DNA of 64,000 nucleotides from Octopus vulgaris (Eukaryota), in the NCBI GenBank assembly GCA_951406725.2, contig OX597818.1, positions 81,158,001-81,222,000 of the forward strand, written 5' to 3'. The translations under genes and the position numbers were made by a program. This document shows, piece by piece, positions 12,329-25,565 of the stretch. Position 1 is the first letter of the stretch. Every line of letters begins with the position of its first letter. The notes under the pieces were generated by a model, which worked only from the letters and a program-made list of their open reading frames with translations, did not search any database and was not told where the DNA came from.

Positions 12329-13530
12329 CAGTGTTTCCCAACCTTTTTCCAGTGCCCCACTTTTAATAACAAAAAAATCTGGTGCCCATCGACATCTTTT
12401 TTTTTTAATATAGAAATATGATTTTTAATTCAATTACCTAGATGACGGGTACCTCGACTCATTTAGTGAGAACCCTGTGCCTGGTGCATATGCCACAGAT
12501 CCTTGATTTGATGAAACAGTTTCGTTAATTTCAGCTGTAAACCACTAAAATTTGTAATTTCAAGCCAGTTTCTATTGGCTTCCAGCAAATTGTCAGCTGC
12601 ACTAAATCCACATCCAACTAAATAAGAGAAAATAAAATGAATCAATAGTTCTCCTGCTGACGTAGAAATGTTGGGGTATTATCTTTCAATTTCGTCACAT
12701 AGCCACATATTCGTACTTTTCAATTTAAACAAAGTCTTCACTGATTCATTATGTTGGAATTCTGATAGCTCTTCTTGGTACTGAATTGCAGTATCAGAAA
12801 TGTTCATCAGCAGTGGTTGAGTTAACCAAGAGGGAAAATTCATTGCCTTCAAATCACAAAATATGTCGTTGAAGTCCTTTATTAAGATATTCATATGGTC
12901 AATAATTACGGTCGCAGCATCATTCAATATCTCACATTTACTCAACCAGCATAACTGATTAAAATTTCTTTAAGAAACATGTTTTTGGCATATTTCGAGG
13001 TCTGTAATGAATCCAAAAATGTTTGCTTTCGCATCAACAACATCATGTTTGCACCTTTGCAAGTTTATTCAAGTTTCCAAGTTTCTCAAAGATGTCTGTC
13101 AAATAACTGACAAACTCTTTTCCACCCATTATTGACAGTATTTTCATTTCCCATTTATCACCGAGAAAGGCGTTAAGCTGATCAAATAATTCTATGAATC
13201 TTTTAAAGCAATTTCCACTTGATAGCCACCTTACTTCTGTATGAAGCAATAATCGAACATGCTTGGCACTTTGATTTACACAAAACTGCTTAAAAAGACG
13301 TTCAGCTTTGGGATTTGCTTTAATGATATTGACACAATTACAGTTCATAGAATCTCGTTAAGAACAGGGGTACAGTTTCTTGGCAACGAAGTTTTCTTGG
13401 TGTGTGACGCAATGGACAATCAACATGTTTGGATTTTTTATTGGGCTCTTGAATTCTACAACGATGCATGACTTTTGCTCCCTGTCCAGTTGAACAATAT
13501 CTCGCTGATTGTGTTTCCATCGTGTGACTG
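12329..13530 (-). mobile_element. hAT DNA transposon (Buster/Charlie group), 5'-truncated and decayed
   Basis: Terminal CAGTGTTTCCCAACC TIR at 12329 is preceded by the 8-bp site gtctagac. Minus peptides include HCVTHQENFVAK (CxxH), VNIIKANPKAERLFKQFC...LLLHTEVRWLSSG and FPSWLTQP. Confidence 0.85.
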
Positions 13531-14029
13531 ATTTTATTGGAATGTTCCGCCAGTAGTCTTTATTTTGAAGCTGTAAATACTTACTGGTTCTGCGGAGTCT
13601 TTAGTATGGCAGATAAGACAATTTACTTCTGTGCGTGCGTGTGCGTGTGTATAGATTTTGTATTATGTATATGTTTTTGTGTATGTCATACTCAGTTGAT
13701 ATGCTTCTGTGTCATGTATGTATGTATGTATGTATGTATGTATGTATGTATGTATGTATGTATGTATGTATGTATGTATGTATGTATGTATGTATGTATG
13801 TAGTCTTTTTATGCGATCTTTCTTCTCTCCATCTGTTTTCCTTCCTCATTCCTTTCCTAGAAGAGCATAGGCACGAAATATCAAAGACTTCTTCCATTTT
13901 TTCCTGAGCGTCGAACTAATACACCTTGCTTGCTGTTTCCTCGTCTGTCTCTGTCTTATGAATTGTTTTTGTATAATTTTGAACCATATATATATAAACA
14001 TACACACAGGCCCATATATATATATATAT

Positions 14030-14123
14030 ATTCTTTTACACGTTTCAGCTCTAAGGCTGTGGCCATCCTGGGGCGTGTCGCGAGTGTATTAGTTTGGAAA
14101 GTCCTGCTGCATTTTGTGCGTGT

Positions 14124-14209
<86 letters not shown>

Positions 14210-14370
14210 ATACGATGTCTTCTTTCAGTTTCTGTCTACTAAATCCACACAGAAGGTTTTGGTTGGCCCGAGGCTATAGTAAAAAACATCTGCCCAAAGT
14301 ACCACGCAGTTAGATTGAACCCGGGACCATGTGGCTGAGAAGTAAGCTTCTTACTACACAGCTATGCCTC
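14030..14370 (-). mobile_element. SINE family A (diverged)
   Basis: Reverse complement of family core and head with internal (GT)n. Confidence 0.75.
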
Positions 14371-15305
14371 CACCTGATGGGAACTTTTTATGCAAATTTT
14401 TGTATGATAATTCCAATTTATGACGCTACATGTACGCAGTAATTGTTTCGTCTTGTTTTAACACTTAACGCTATACGAAACCTTTCACATCTCTCCAAAC
14501 ATAGACCTTAACATTTTCGGGATGGGGTGGATTCTCCTTTTTAATTGGGTGCTAACCATTGTCGTGTACGATGGATATTTTTTCGAAAGCAAGTCATCTC
14601 CTTAAAGACTTTGATTAAGCTAAAAAGCATTCGGATGATGAGGAATCTACTGACCAAGATTAGACACTTTTCCTAGTTCATAAAACTGTTTTAAGATCGA
14701 ACTGTGACGTGAATTATTGAACTGTTTCGCTAATCCTCGTACAGTTTGCTTTGGATTCTCTTTAACTACCATTCTCAAAAGCTCAAAATTGACATAAATG
14801 GGTCCTCCAAATCGAGGGGAATCTGCGAGAGAAAAATTTTCCGTCTTGATCTGGCCAAACCATTGTTGACGTATCTGGATATTTAAAGCTTCTTTCTTAT
14901 TTCTTACTATATAGTGAGGCTGGATCCGAGACCATGTAGTTGCGTAGCGAATTTCTTAACCACACAGCTTTGTATGCACCTACACGCACAGACACAGACA
15001 CACACACACACACAAGCACACACGTACATACAAATGCACACACACACACACAGGCACATACGCACACACACACACGCACGCATGCGCACACACACGTACA
15101 AATGCGCACACACGCACACTCAGGCACACAGATATATCTAAACGCCTATATATCTGCCTCTTTTTCTCTTCCCATATGTATGCGTGTGTTTGTGTGTGTA
15201 TACACACACACACATATATATATACATACATATACATACGTACGTACTTGCATACGTATGTATGTATGTATGCATGTATATATATATACATACATATATA
15301 TATAC

Positions 15306-15402
<97 letters not shown>

Positions 15403-16145
15403 CATATCCGTGTTTGAAACTTTTTTTATAATTAGCTTACTCACGTCCAACATTTCACTAACCAACTTGTGTAGGAAAGTATTGATGCGAGAGGCAACAG
15501 CACTAAATTATATATTACAACAAGTTCTCTTTTAGTCTTAACACACCACTCGAAAGATAGACCTCTTCCGTCCTAAGTGTTACTATACGTCAATATAGTA
15601 AAACTTTTCGCGTTCATCTCCAAAAGTTGCGGTAATTATATGTTAGAATGACGCCTGCATTTATACAGACGAAAGCAACAATTTACTATTACAACATTCA
15701 TAAAAAACAAATTTGATTGAAATGTGCTGTAGAAGTAGTTTTGTGTATATATTTTTGAAATATAGATCTTTCGAGTCACAAGTGTAATGTGCTCGAAAAA
15801 TTGTTGCTAAGATATAGGTATGTAAATCAAAATATGTGGTTCATAAGCTGGCGGAATCTGTCTTTTTTAAATCTTGTCTTTTACTTGTTTCATTCATTGA
15901 ACTGTGGCCATGCTGTGGTACTGCCTTGAACGGTGTTCGACCATGCTCACAGTCAAAGTACTAAAAGAAAAAAAGAAAAAAATATCAGCCTCCACCCCAG
16001 TACTGCTTTTTAATCTAAAAAATCTGGTACCTATTCTATTGGCTGTCTCTTTTTCCGAGCCGATAAATTACGGGAAGGTTAACAAACCAACACCGGTTGT
16101 CAAGTGTCACAGGGGACAAACGCAAAGACACACATACACACATGC

Positions 16146-16176
<31 letters not shown>

Positions 16177-16212
16177 TGTATGTATGTATGTATGTATGTA
16201 TGTATGTATGTA

Positions 16213-16254
<42 letters not shown>

Positions 16255-16259
16255 CCGGA

Positions 16260-16497
16260 GTAAAGACATAAATGTGAAACAAGGTGGAAAAAGAGTACTC
16301 AAATACCAGTGGTAGAGTAATATGCTTTATTTAAAGCAGCAGAAAATTCCACAAAACCTGTTACTCTGAGTTTCGCCATGTTGTTCGTCGGACACTTTTT
16401 GCTAGAAAAAACTAGAAAAAACTGTCCGACGAACGGCAACGCGAAACTCAGAGTAACAGGTTTTGTGGAATTTTCTGCTGCTTTAAATAAAGTATAT
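16260..16497. mobile_element. Palindromic Penelope-like terminal remnant with hammerhead motif on each arm
   Basis: Arms ~16320-16395 / 16422-16497 lie between (TA)n tracts. The + arm reads CUGU-CCGACGA-a-CG(GCAA)CG-c-GAAA-CUCAGAG-UA-ACAG (16422-16459), and AATAAA follows. Confidence 0.7.
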
Positions 16498-16551
16498 ATA
16501 TATATGCGACGGATTTCCATACACTTTCCGTCTACGAAATCCAATCACAAA

Positions 16552-16598
<47 letters not shown>

Positions 16599-16617
16599 CA
16601 CGCACACACACACACAG

Positions 16618-16711
<94 letters not shown>

Positions 16712-16974
16712 CTATATTGTTTGATGGCGCTTGGTCGAATAGATATCTTGATTGCTAGTGCTCTCAAATTCATAATTGAAATACTATACTGAGGACGGAA
16801 ATAAGGTATGATTAATTTTACATATCTTTAATCCAGAAACGAGTACATAGTAAATCAAAATCAGGTGGATTCGTTATTTTTTCTCTTTGCCTGTGTGAGC
16901 TGAGAGTATTGCTGTCTGGGAGATATTTTATGGTAGTAGAATTATATTTAACTGCTATTTCTAAATTTCGGTAT

Positions 16975-17119
16975 GTGTGTGTATGGTGAAAGCTTGTGTG
17001 GTAAAAAGCAGGTTTAGTCTCACTGCGTGGCACCTTGGGTAAGTGTCTTTTATTATAGCCTCGGGACGGACAGAGCCTTGTGAGTGGATTTGGTAGATGG
17101 AAACTGAAAGAAGCCCGTC

Positions 17120-17155
<36 letters not shown>

Positions 17156-17330
17156 GTGTGTGTGTGTTAATGTGTCTGTGTTGTTTCCCACCATCACTTG
17201 ACAACAGATGTTGGTGTGTTTACGTCCCTGTAACTTAGCAGTTAGGCAAAATAGACCTGGGGTTGATTTGTTCGACTAAAGGCGGTGCTCCGGCATGGCC
17301 GCATTCAAATGAGTGAAACAAGTAAAAAAA
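16975..17330 (+). mobile_element. SINE family A
   Basis: Family core ctgcgtggcaccttggg...gaaactgaaagaagcccgtcg, then (TA)n and the 3' part. Confidence 0.8.
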
Positions 17331-18096
17331 GATCATTGATAAAAGAGAAGATACACATACAAAAGACTGAAGCAAGCAAAAAATAAAAGAGAAGGCAAAA
17401 TATAAATTACACACTAACAGATATCAATACATACCAAATAACTATCAATACATATTTATACCAAATACATAGCGATAACCATACAAAAATAAATAAATAA
17501 ATAAATAGATAAATAAATAAATAAATAAATAAAATAAAAATAAACAAAACTCCTGCGCTAGCATTTCCTTGGCTGACGAGACCTAACCAGATGTGAATAA
17601 CGGCATAACGATCTCTCCATTTGCGGACGGCAGACACTTATTTTTCCTCATGGCTTTAATTCCAAAATTACTTTACAGAGAGGCTAATTACAGGACTGTC
17701 TATGTGTTCACACCGACAATAGTATAATTATTTTCCTGTAGAGTGCATCAAATAACTAATATTACACTTTCTCTTATCATAAGCACGCTTTTCAAACAGC
17801 TCTGTTGCTATTTCCAACCTTGCTGTGCTTCGCCATTTTCTTTCTTTCTTTCTTTCTTTTTCCTTTCTTTCTTTCTTCTTCTCTTTCTCCTCCACATCAT
17901 CATCACCACCACCACCACCACCACCACCACCACCACCACCACCACCACCACCACCACCACCACCACCACCACTACCACCACCACCACCACCACCACCACC
18001 ACCACCATCACCACCGTTATCATCGTCACCATCGATATCATCGTCACCATCGTCATCATCATCACTATCGTCGTTGTCGTCGTCGTCGTCGGCGTC

Positions 18097-18134
<38 letters not shown>

Positions 18135-18397
18135 AAATGTAGCAGTTTGGATAATAATAATTTGATGAAGGACGCAACAATCGATCTACCGATCTATCGA
18201 TTTCTCTCTCTCTCTCTCTCTTTGTACCTCTCACTGTATCTCCCACTCTCTCTCATCCTCTTCTTATCTTCATCCTATAATTCTCACTCTCCACTATGTC
18301 TCTCAGATATTCTTCCAACCAACCTCACTCACTCCTGTTCTCTTCTTCTTTATTTCCTCTCCAACTTAGTTTTTCTCTTCACCACCTTCTTCTATGT

Positions 18398-18440
<43 letters not shown>

Positions 18441-18583
18441 GCTCAATTTTCTCTCCTCCTGTTCCTCCTCTCATCTCGTCGCCCTCTCTCAATCTGTTTT
18501 ACTTCTATAATGTAACTAACACCTGCCTAACACCTTCTGCCATTTATGTTTCCTTTCTTCCTCACTCCCCTCCTCTACTCCCA

Positions 18584-18627
<44 letters not shown>

Positions 18628-19115
18628 CTCTCTCACCAATCTTCTTTACAGCTCTTTCTATCTTTCCACTCCACTTCCTCTACGCTTTCTCTCGGTCGCC
18701 ATATTTATTATTTACTTTATTCAATCAAAATAATCTCTCTTTCTAGACGTTTTCTCCTATCTTCGACTCAGCTTTCTAACTCTCTTCTGATCCTCTCCTC
18801 TCCCTCTAATTCTCTCCTCCTCCCCTTCCCTATCTCTATATTCCCCCTCTTTCATTTTCACCCCCTATTAATATCTTCCGTCTATTTGCCTTTCTCTGCC
18901 TTTCTCTGTTCTTATGTAATGTACCTCTGCACATCTATTACTCTCTCTCCCTCCTCTGTCTCTCTCTTACAATCTCTTTATACATTTATGTCACCCACTT
19001 TTAGTGTAATCCTCTTTCTCTCCCTCCCGTCACCTTTCCCGTTCCTACACATCTCCCTCTTTCTTTTTTTCTTTTTTCTCTCTCTGTCTCTCTCTCTCTA
19101 CACACATAAAATATA

Positions 19116-19162
<47 letters not shown>

Positions 19163-19334
19163 GGCTTACAATCGTGAAGTTGTGAGTTCGATTGCCAGAC
19201 TGGGTTGTGAGTGGCGTTCTTGAGCAAGACACTTTGTCTCGCGTTGCTCCAGTCCACTCAGCTGTAGAAATGATTTGTGACGTCAGTAATGCCAAACTGC
19301 TTCGGCCTTTGCCTTTCCCTTGGACAACAAACCG

Positions 19335-20550
19335 ATCCAAGCCGATCATATGGAGAAAATTGTTCGCCTCCATTTTGGTAAACACTGTCTCGTTTAGAGG
19401 TTCTCGTAAATTCTGATCAATAAAACAATCAAACAAGGGTCGTTACTTTTGGGTGGCATCATTTGAGTGTTTGTCTCCCTTGGTTTTGTCTTTTGGGCAA
19501 ACTGTTGTGTGGTCAATTTGTTTGCATCATTTTGTTGTTGTTCTGGGTGTGTTCTCATACTTGTGTGTTGAGGTAGTTCGACATTGGGGCATATTTCTTC
19601 TCTGTGTGGAGTTTGTGTGCTATGTGTATTCAGATTTGGAGAGAGGAGGCTGGTATGCATGGGCGACTGCTGGTCTTCCACAAATAACCTTGCCAAGACT
19701 TGTGTCTCGGAAGGGAACTTTCTAATTGCAATCTCATGGTGATTTGTGACTGAAGAGAGTCTTTACTCTTCAGCATACGCATACATATACTACCACAGAC
19801 ACGCACACACACACACACACATTCTGATCATCTTCACACTCTCCTTTCCCTCCCAAACCACTTTCTTTATCTCTTTCTACTTCCAGTCATTTCAGCAATG
19901 TAACTACAAGTGTGCTGTTGGCGATTTCTTTTACTTCTTTGAACATCCCTTTTTTCCTTTCCGACGAAGAGCAATGCTCGAAATGTCAAGCTCTCTCCTT
20001 TCACCGAGCGTTAAACTAATACATTTCTGATGTACGTCTTCATTTTGTCCTTTTTTATTCATTTATTTGAATTGTTTGTCTATTTGAAATGACTATATAT
20101 ATATATATATATATATATGTACTTTTTCTGAACGCGAAATCTGAACACACTCCACAAACAGACGAAATATGCACCAATGACACAGTACACAGGTATTACA
20201 ACACCGCATCCAGAACAAAAATAAATGCAAACAAATTGACCATACAACAGTTTGCCCAAAAGAAAAAACAAAGGGAGGCAAACATTCAAAAGATGATGCC
20301 CAATAGTAACGTCCCTTATATGATTGTCTTATTCACGAGAATTCACGAGAATCTCTAAACGAGACCGCGTTATCCAAAATGGAGACGAACACTTTGCTCC
20401 ATGTGATCGGTTTGAAAAACTGTTAAGGCAGAAGGATATTTTCCAACTTTTCTTAGCCTGAAACCAATGGTAGTCTTAATTCACGAATAAAGAAATTATA
20501 TCCACCAATGTGGTGTTGAGCACTCATTTTCACCGTTCGACATTTACATA
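19335..20550. repeat. Two inverted copies (~19335-19635 minus, ~20130-20550 plus) of an interspersed repeat also at ~11990-12175 and 54255-54625
   Basis: ttttgggcaaactgttgtgtggtcaatttgtttgca vs tgcaaacaaattgaccatacaacagtttgcccaaaa. The motif ccaaaatggagacg...gaaaccaa(t/c)ggtag(t/c)cttaa is shared. Confidence 0.75.
19958..19990 (+). ncRNA. Minimal hammerhead motif (U4C core)
   Basis: Reads UUU-CCGACGA-a-GAGC(AAU)GCUC-GAAA-UG-UC-AAG, followed by ccgagcgttaaactaatac. Decayed copies at ~13852-13925 and ~56167-56240 share this tail. Confidence 0.6.
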
Positions 20551-20579
20551 CATCCATATATATATATATAATAAATAAA

Positions 20580-20830
20580 TGTGGCCTTTTTTTAAAGCTT
20601 GGCCAGGTTCATGGGCCCGGTTTCTCGTTTTCTATGACGTATGTGTTCCCCAGCTGGACGGGACGCCAGTCCATCGCAGGGTTACTCAGTTTTTGTCAGC
20701 TGAGTGGACTGGAGCAACATGAAATGGAAGTGTTTTGCTCAAGAACACAAAGCGTCGCCCGGTCTAGGAATCGAAACCACAATCTTATGATCATGATGCT
20801 GACACCATAACCACTAAACCACGCGCCTTC
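20580..20830 (-). mobile_element. tRNA-derived SINE family D (also ~19160-19330, 22393-22620, 53350-53600, 58700-58870)
   Basis: Head ggcgcgtggtttagtggtta...gtggtttcgattcc and body gttgctccagtccactcagctg, repeated in the window. Confidence 0.8.
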
Positions 20831-21569
20831 ACACACACACACACACACATATAAATTTCATCTGGTGCTGAGGCTCCAAATTTTGGAACCCGCATGTTTG
20901 GGCAGTATTGACTTACTCCTTCCTCACCTCTATTTTCACGTCTGCTCTGGCCTGGGATGGTAGTACCTATCAAAATACCCAGTTATAAGTTAAAAAGTAG
21001 AAGATGGAGCTGTAGTCAAAGTATACGGGTCTGAGAGGAGAGCTGACACCATGACATGTATCACATAGGCCTGGCGGTGTGTAGACACGCTGTAATGAAA
21101 CATGAATCAATATTCACTATCTGAAGGTCAAATAGGATGTGTACTTCAAGGATAGGCTTTGGAGAGCTGGGGACAAGAATGGTAAGCTGTAAATAAAGTT
21201 GCAACCGCTGTATGTTTTTCAAGGAAGTTCGTGTATCTTCAGAATTTGGCATGGAGCTGCATGGTTGCTGACTGTTATAGCCAAGGAATATGGAAATGCA
21301 TAAACACACACACAAGCACCGTCCTTGTTTTGTATACGTTCGATGCTTTCTTCCAAGGAATCTAATGCGCCTGGCTTAGATTTTCCTTTGGGGCTGGCCA
21401 GGTCGGAGCAATCTCAAAATTAATCAGCCGAAATTGCGAGGATGATCTGGTTCTTGACTGAAGATTGAAGGCTTCGAATGTCCTGTCCGTGTTTTTTTGT
21501 ATCGTCTTCTAAATGTTTTGCGTTCTTGTCCCAGTTTGTATTTTTTTACATATACACACACACACACAC

Positions 21570-21603
<34 letters not shown>

Positions 21604-21752
21604 ATGTGTGTGTAAAAGTAATATGTGACAATTATTCGGTAGCCATGATAAAACTCCGAGTTTTATCATGGATGCCGAGGTGGAAATCAAGAGAATTCAC
21701 GAGAATCTCTAAACGAAACTGTGTTATCCAAAATGTAATCTGGCCATTGGAA

Positions 21753-21854
<102 letters not shown>

Positions 21855-21954
21855 ATTCTGCTATCTTCTGTTTTAGTCTTTATTCTTCCATCTACTATTT
21901 CATTCCTTTATAAACTGTGAACTCCCAGTTTAGAGCTTTCATACACACTCACCT

Positions 21955-22032
21955 TGTCTTTGAAGACGGAATACCCAGTGTATGGAGAGGCTAACTTATC
22001 ACTTGGGATATCCCAGAAACAGCTGTAAGACA
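21955..22032 (+). ncRNA. Type I hammerhead with long stem II, core UUGAAGA
   Basis: Reads UGUCU-UUGAAGA-c-GGAAUACCCAGUG...CACUUGGGAUAUCC-ca-GAAA-CAGCUG-UA-AGACA. Stem I/III are the same as the 5624 motif. Confidence 0.7.
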
Positions 22033-22325
22033 TCCAATGATTAATTAATTAACTAATTACCTCAGATTCACCTTACTCTAATTAATTATTCTAAATGCCT
22101 TGGATTTTGTTGTCCATTTCCCTCTAATATATACCTGCTAACTCGGAAGTGCACTACGAATCCCTAGCTCCAACTTCAGCTGTGAACTGTGAACGTGACG
22201 GATGACCAATCAGAGCACTTACGCAGCTTACCTATTCGTTTAGATCACCAGTGAACTAAACCTATACATACACACACAGACACATATATACAAATCCATA
22301 CATACATACATATATATAAATATAA

Positions 22326-22384
<59 letters not shown>

Positions 22385-23030
22385 CACACATAGTGAACGC
22401 TCGTAGCTTAGTGGTCAGGATGTCGAACTCTTAATCGTAAGATTGGTTTCCCTTCCTGGACAGGGCTATGCATTGTGTTTCTGAGCTACACACTTAATTT
22501 CACGTTGCTCCAGTCCACTCAGCTGGCAAAAGTGAGTAATCCTGCAACGGACGAGTTTCCCATCAGAGAATCCAGAAAGCCAACACCATGAGTGTTTATG
22601 ACTCAGTAAGGAGCTATATCTTATTTTTTTTTATATAAACACACATAATCTATTTGATGTCATAAAAGATTCTCGGGCATATAAAATGCACCCTAATTCC
22701 AGCAGCATATATTCAAGAAAAGAGCGTTTACTTAAAGCAAACTACAGTACATTACAGAGCATTACAAAAATACCATAGCTGTAGCAGAGATCATTACTGC
22801 ATATAAAAAGTAAGTTAGTAGTATAGCTGAAGACATATCATGAAGTCAGTCTACGTAGAAGATAAAAATTAGCCTACTGCTGTGAGCGTCAGGAACAAAA
22901 TTAGCTTAAGAGAAACCCAACTTCTCATAAGACCCGGGGCGATTTTTGCAGTATTTTTGGTTTTTGAAAAAAGTGTGTTCAAAATGGCATCGAATACAGT
23001 ATATACATACGTACATGTATATATGTAGAT

Positions 23031-23070
<40 letters not shown>

Positions 23071-23153
23071 GTGTGTGTTGTGTGTGTGTGTATGTATGTA
23101 TGTATATATGTATGCATGTATGTATATATGCCTGTTTACATACATACGTAGAA

Positions 23154-23199
<46 letters not shown>

Positions 23200-23203
<4 letters not shown>

Positions 23204-24275
23204 ATCCGTTCTGTCTGTCTGTGTGTGTGTCTTCTAGGATCTCGGGCATTCTCCATCCGATTGCGCTCAAATTTGATATGTAGATACCGACAGTGTCAGG
23301 GCGTGTATAAGTCTTGAAAAAATTACAAAAATTGATTCCAGGTGAGAATGCGATCGATAAAGCCGTGGTAACGTGCATTTGTACGCGCAAGTACATCAGC
23401 TGTTGCGATCAATATTACGCGTACGCGAGAAAAATGCACGTGCTGTTTGCGCAAAAAAAGCCGGCTGGCTTGAAATAATGCCACAAAATGCAATATATTT
23501 AAGAGACCAAAAACGTAAAATGCAAAAGAGATATTTTCTTCAAACTTGGCATGAAGGAAGGAAAGACTATTTGGTTTCTCAAGAAGTTTTCTTTTTTTGC
23601 TTTAACTTCGTTTAACAAAACCATAAATTTTATTGAAATAAAGGCTTGCTTAATTATTTTTTAATGAAAAAAAAACACTGATTGCAACCCTGCAAAACAC
23701 AACTGGTCTTTACACACATACGCACAGGATAACAGCAATCAAACAACGGCAGTAGAGTGCAGACCAAACATCAGCGTTTTGACTGTCGCCTGTACTCTTG
23801 ACAAGAGAATCCAGGCTCGTACGTATTAACCCGAGTTGCTGAATAATTTTTCGCTCTTTTAAGAATATCGTAGAATGGAAACTTTTCATAGATTGAAATT
23901 TAAATCCTAATCTCTATAGAAATTTATTGTTTCAAGAAAACACTGAATTTGAATTACCTTTAATTTTTTACGACTATAGATAGCAATTTCTGTAATTTCT
24001 GAGCCCGAGTCAGGCGCATGGGAACGATGTCGAGAGAACGTCTGCTACAAATCATATTTTTTGATACAGGGCAAATTTAAGACGACTGCCAGGCGCTGAA
24101 CGAAAATAAATAAACTGCGACCAGGCTCAATAAAAAGTTATTGAGTTATTGGCTGCAATTACATACTTAAAGTCAGTGTTAGCAGAAATTAAATCAGTTT
24201 GAAAATACGCGTTCATTTTACTAAATTATACTCGGGCTAAGCCCGAACAGCACGAGTGACGGAGTTGCCACTGAT
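23200..24275 (+). mobile_element. Possible non-autonomous Helitron/HINE-like element
   Basis: Starts after (TA)n with ccgttctgtctgtctgtgtg...ccgattgcgctcaaatttg and ends with a cgggctaagcccg hairpin. Only the architecture supports the call. Confidence 0.3.
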
Positions 24276-24432
24276 ATACATACATACATACATACATACA
24301 TACATACATACATACATACATACATACATACATGCATACATACATGCATGCATACATACATACATGCATACATACATACATACATACATACATACATACA
24401 TGCATACATACATACATACATACATACATACA

Positions 24433-24466
<34 letters not shown>

Positions 24467-24501
24467 CATACAGGCGCACACACATACACACACGCGCATA
24501 T

Positions 24502-24830
24502 ATATTCTGTTGTGTCTGAGGAGAGTCATTCTCTTTTAGTGTCTTATAATTTAACACACACACCGGTAAAATTTCCACTCATTTCCTTCTTTGTTTTTCT
24601 AAAATTTTGGTCGCGTCTATTAACCTTTTCAATAGTCAAATCTATTGAAAAGATTGCAAGACGCAACGAAAATTTTAGAAAAATAAAGAAGGAAATGAGT
24701 GGAAATTATACCGGTGAGTGTGTTAAATTATAAGGCATTGAAAGAGAATGACTCTCTCCAGACACAACAAAATATGCCCCAACACACGAACTCACAAAAA
24801 GAATCTTGCAAACCAAATCCACAAACGAAT
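24502..24830. mobile_element. Palindromic Penelope-like terminal remnant with U3-A8 hammerhead motif
   Basis: Arms ~24502-24635 / 24642-24776. The + arm reads UCUA-UUGAAAA-GaUUGC(AAGAC)GCAAC-GAAA-AU-UU-UAGA (24641-24679). Confidence 0.65.
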
Positions 24831-24889
<59 letters not shown>

Positions 24890-25092
24890 GTATATATAAA
24901 TGTGTGTGTGTGTGTGTATATGTATAACAAATGAGAGGAAAGAAATTCGGGAATTTCATTTTCTCTTTCATTTGTTATATACTCGACGGACACGGAGGAA
25001 TTCCAGAATTAAGTCCTGTGGCATCTATATCCATACTTTTAATGATAACAGGTAACCGCAGACAGTGAACGTGCTTTAATCGGCATACTTCC

Positions 25093-25242
25093 AGGCGCAG
25101 GAGTGGCTGTGTGGCAAGTAGCTTGCTTACCAACCACATGGTTCTGGGTTCCGTCCCACCTTGGGAAAGTGTCTTCTACTATAGCCTCGGGCCGACCAAA
25201 GCCTTGAGTGGATTTGGTAGATGGAAACTGAAAGAAGCCTGT

Positions 25243-25281
<39 letters not shown>

Positions 25282-25565
25282 CCCACTGTGTGGCACCTTG
25301 GGCAAAGTGTCTTCTACTATAGCCTCGGGCCGACCAAAGCCTTGTGAGTGGTTTTGGTAGACGGAAACTGAAAGAAGCCCATCGTATATATGTATATGTA
25401 TATGTATGTGTGTGTTTGTGAGTTTGTGTTTGTCTCCTCCAGCAAAAGAGACCGATAGAATAAGTACTAGGCTTACAAAAAATAAGTCCCGGGGTCGATT
25501 TCCTCGACTAAATTCGGTGCTTCAGCATGGCCGCAGTCAAAGAACTGAAACAAGTAAAAGAGTGT
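25093..25565 (+). mobile_element. SINE family A with internal duplication of the 5' body
   Basis: The cccac...gaaactgaaagaagcc segment occurs twice, separated by (TA)n. Confidence 0.85.

Noticed and set aside
14430-15850. Possible MULE transposase remnants
   Set aside because: Only an HPN-like tripeptide was seen, and no continuous motif could be read.
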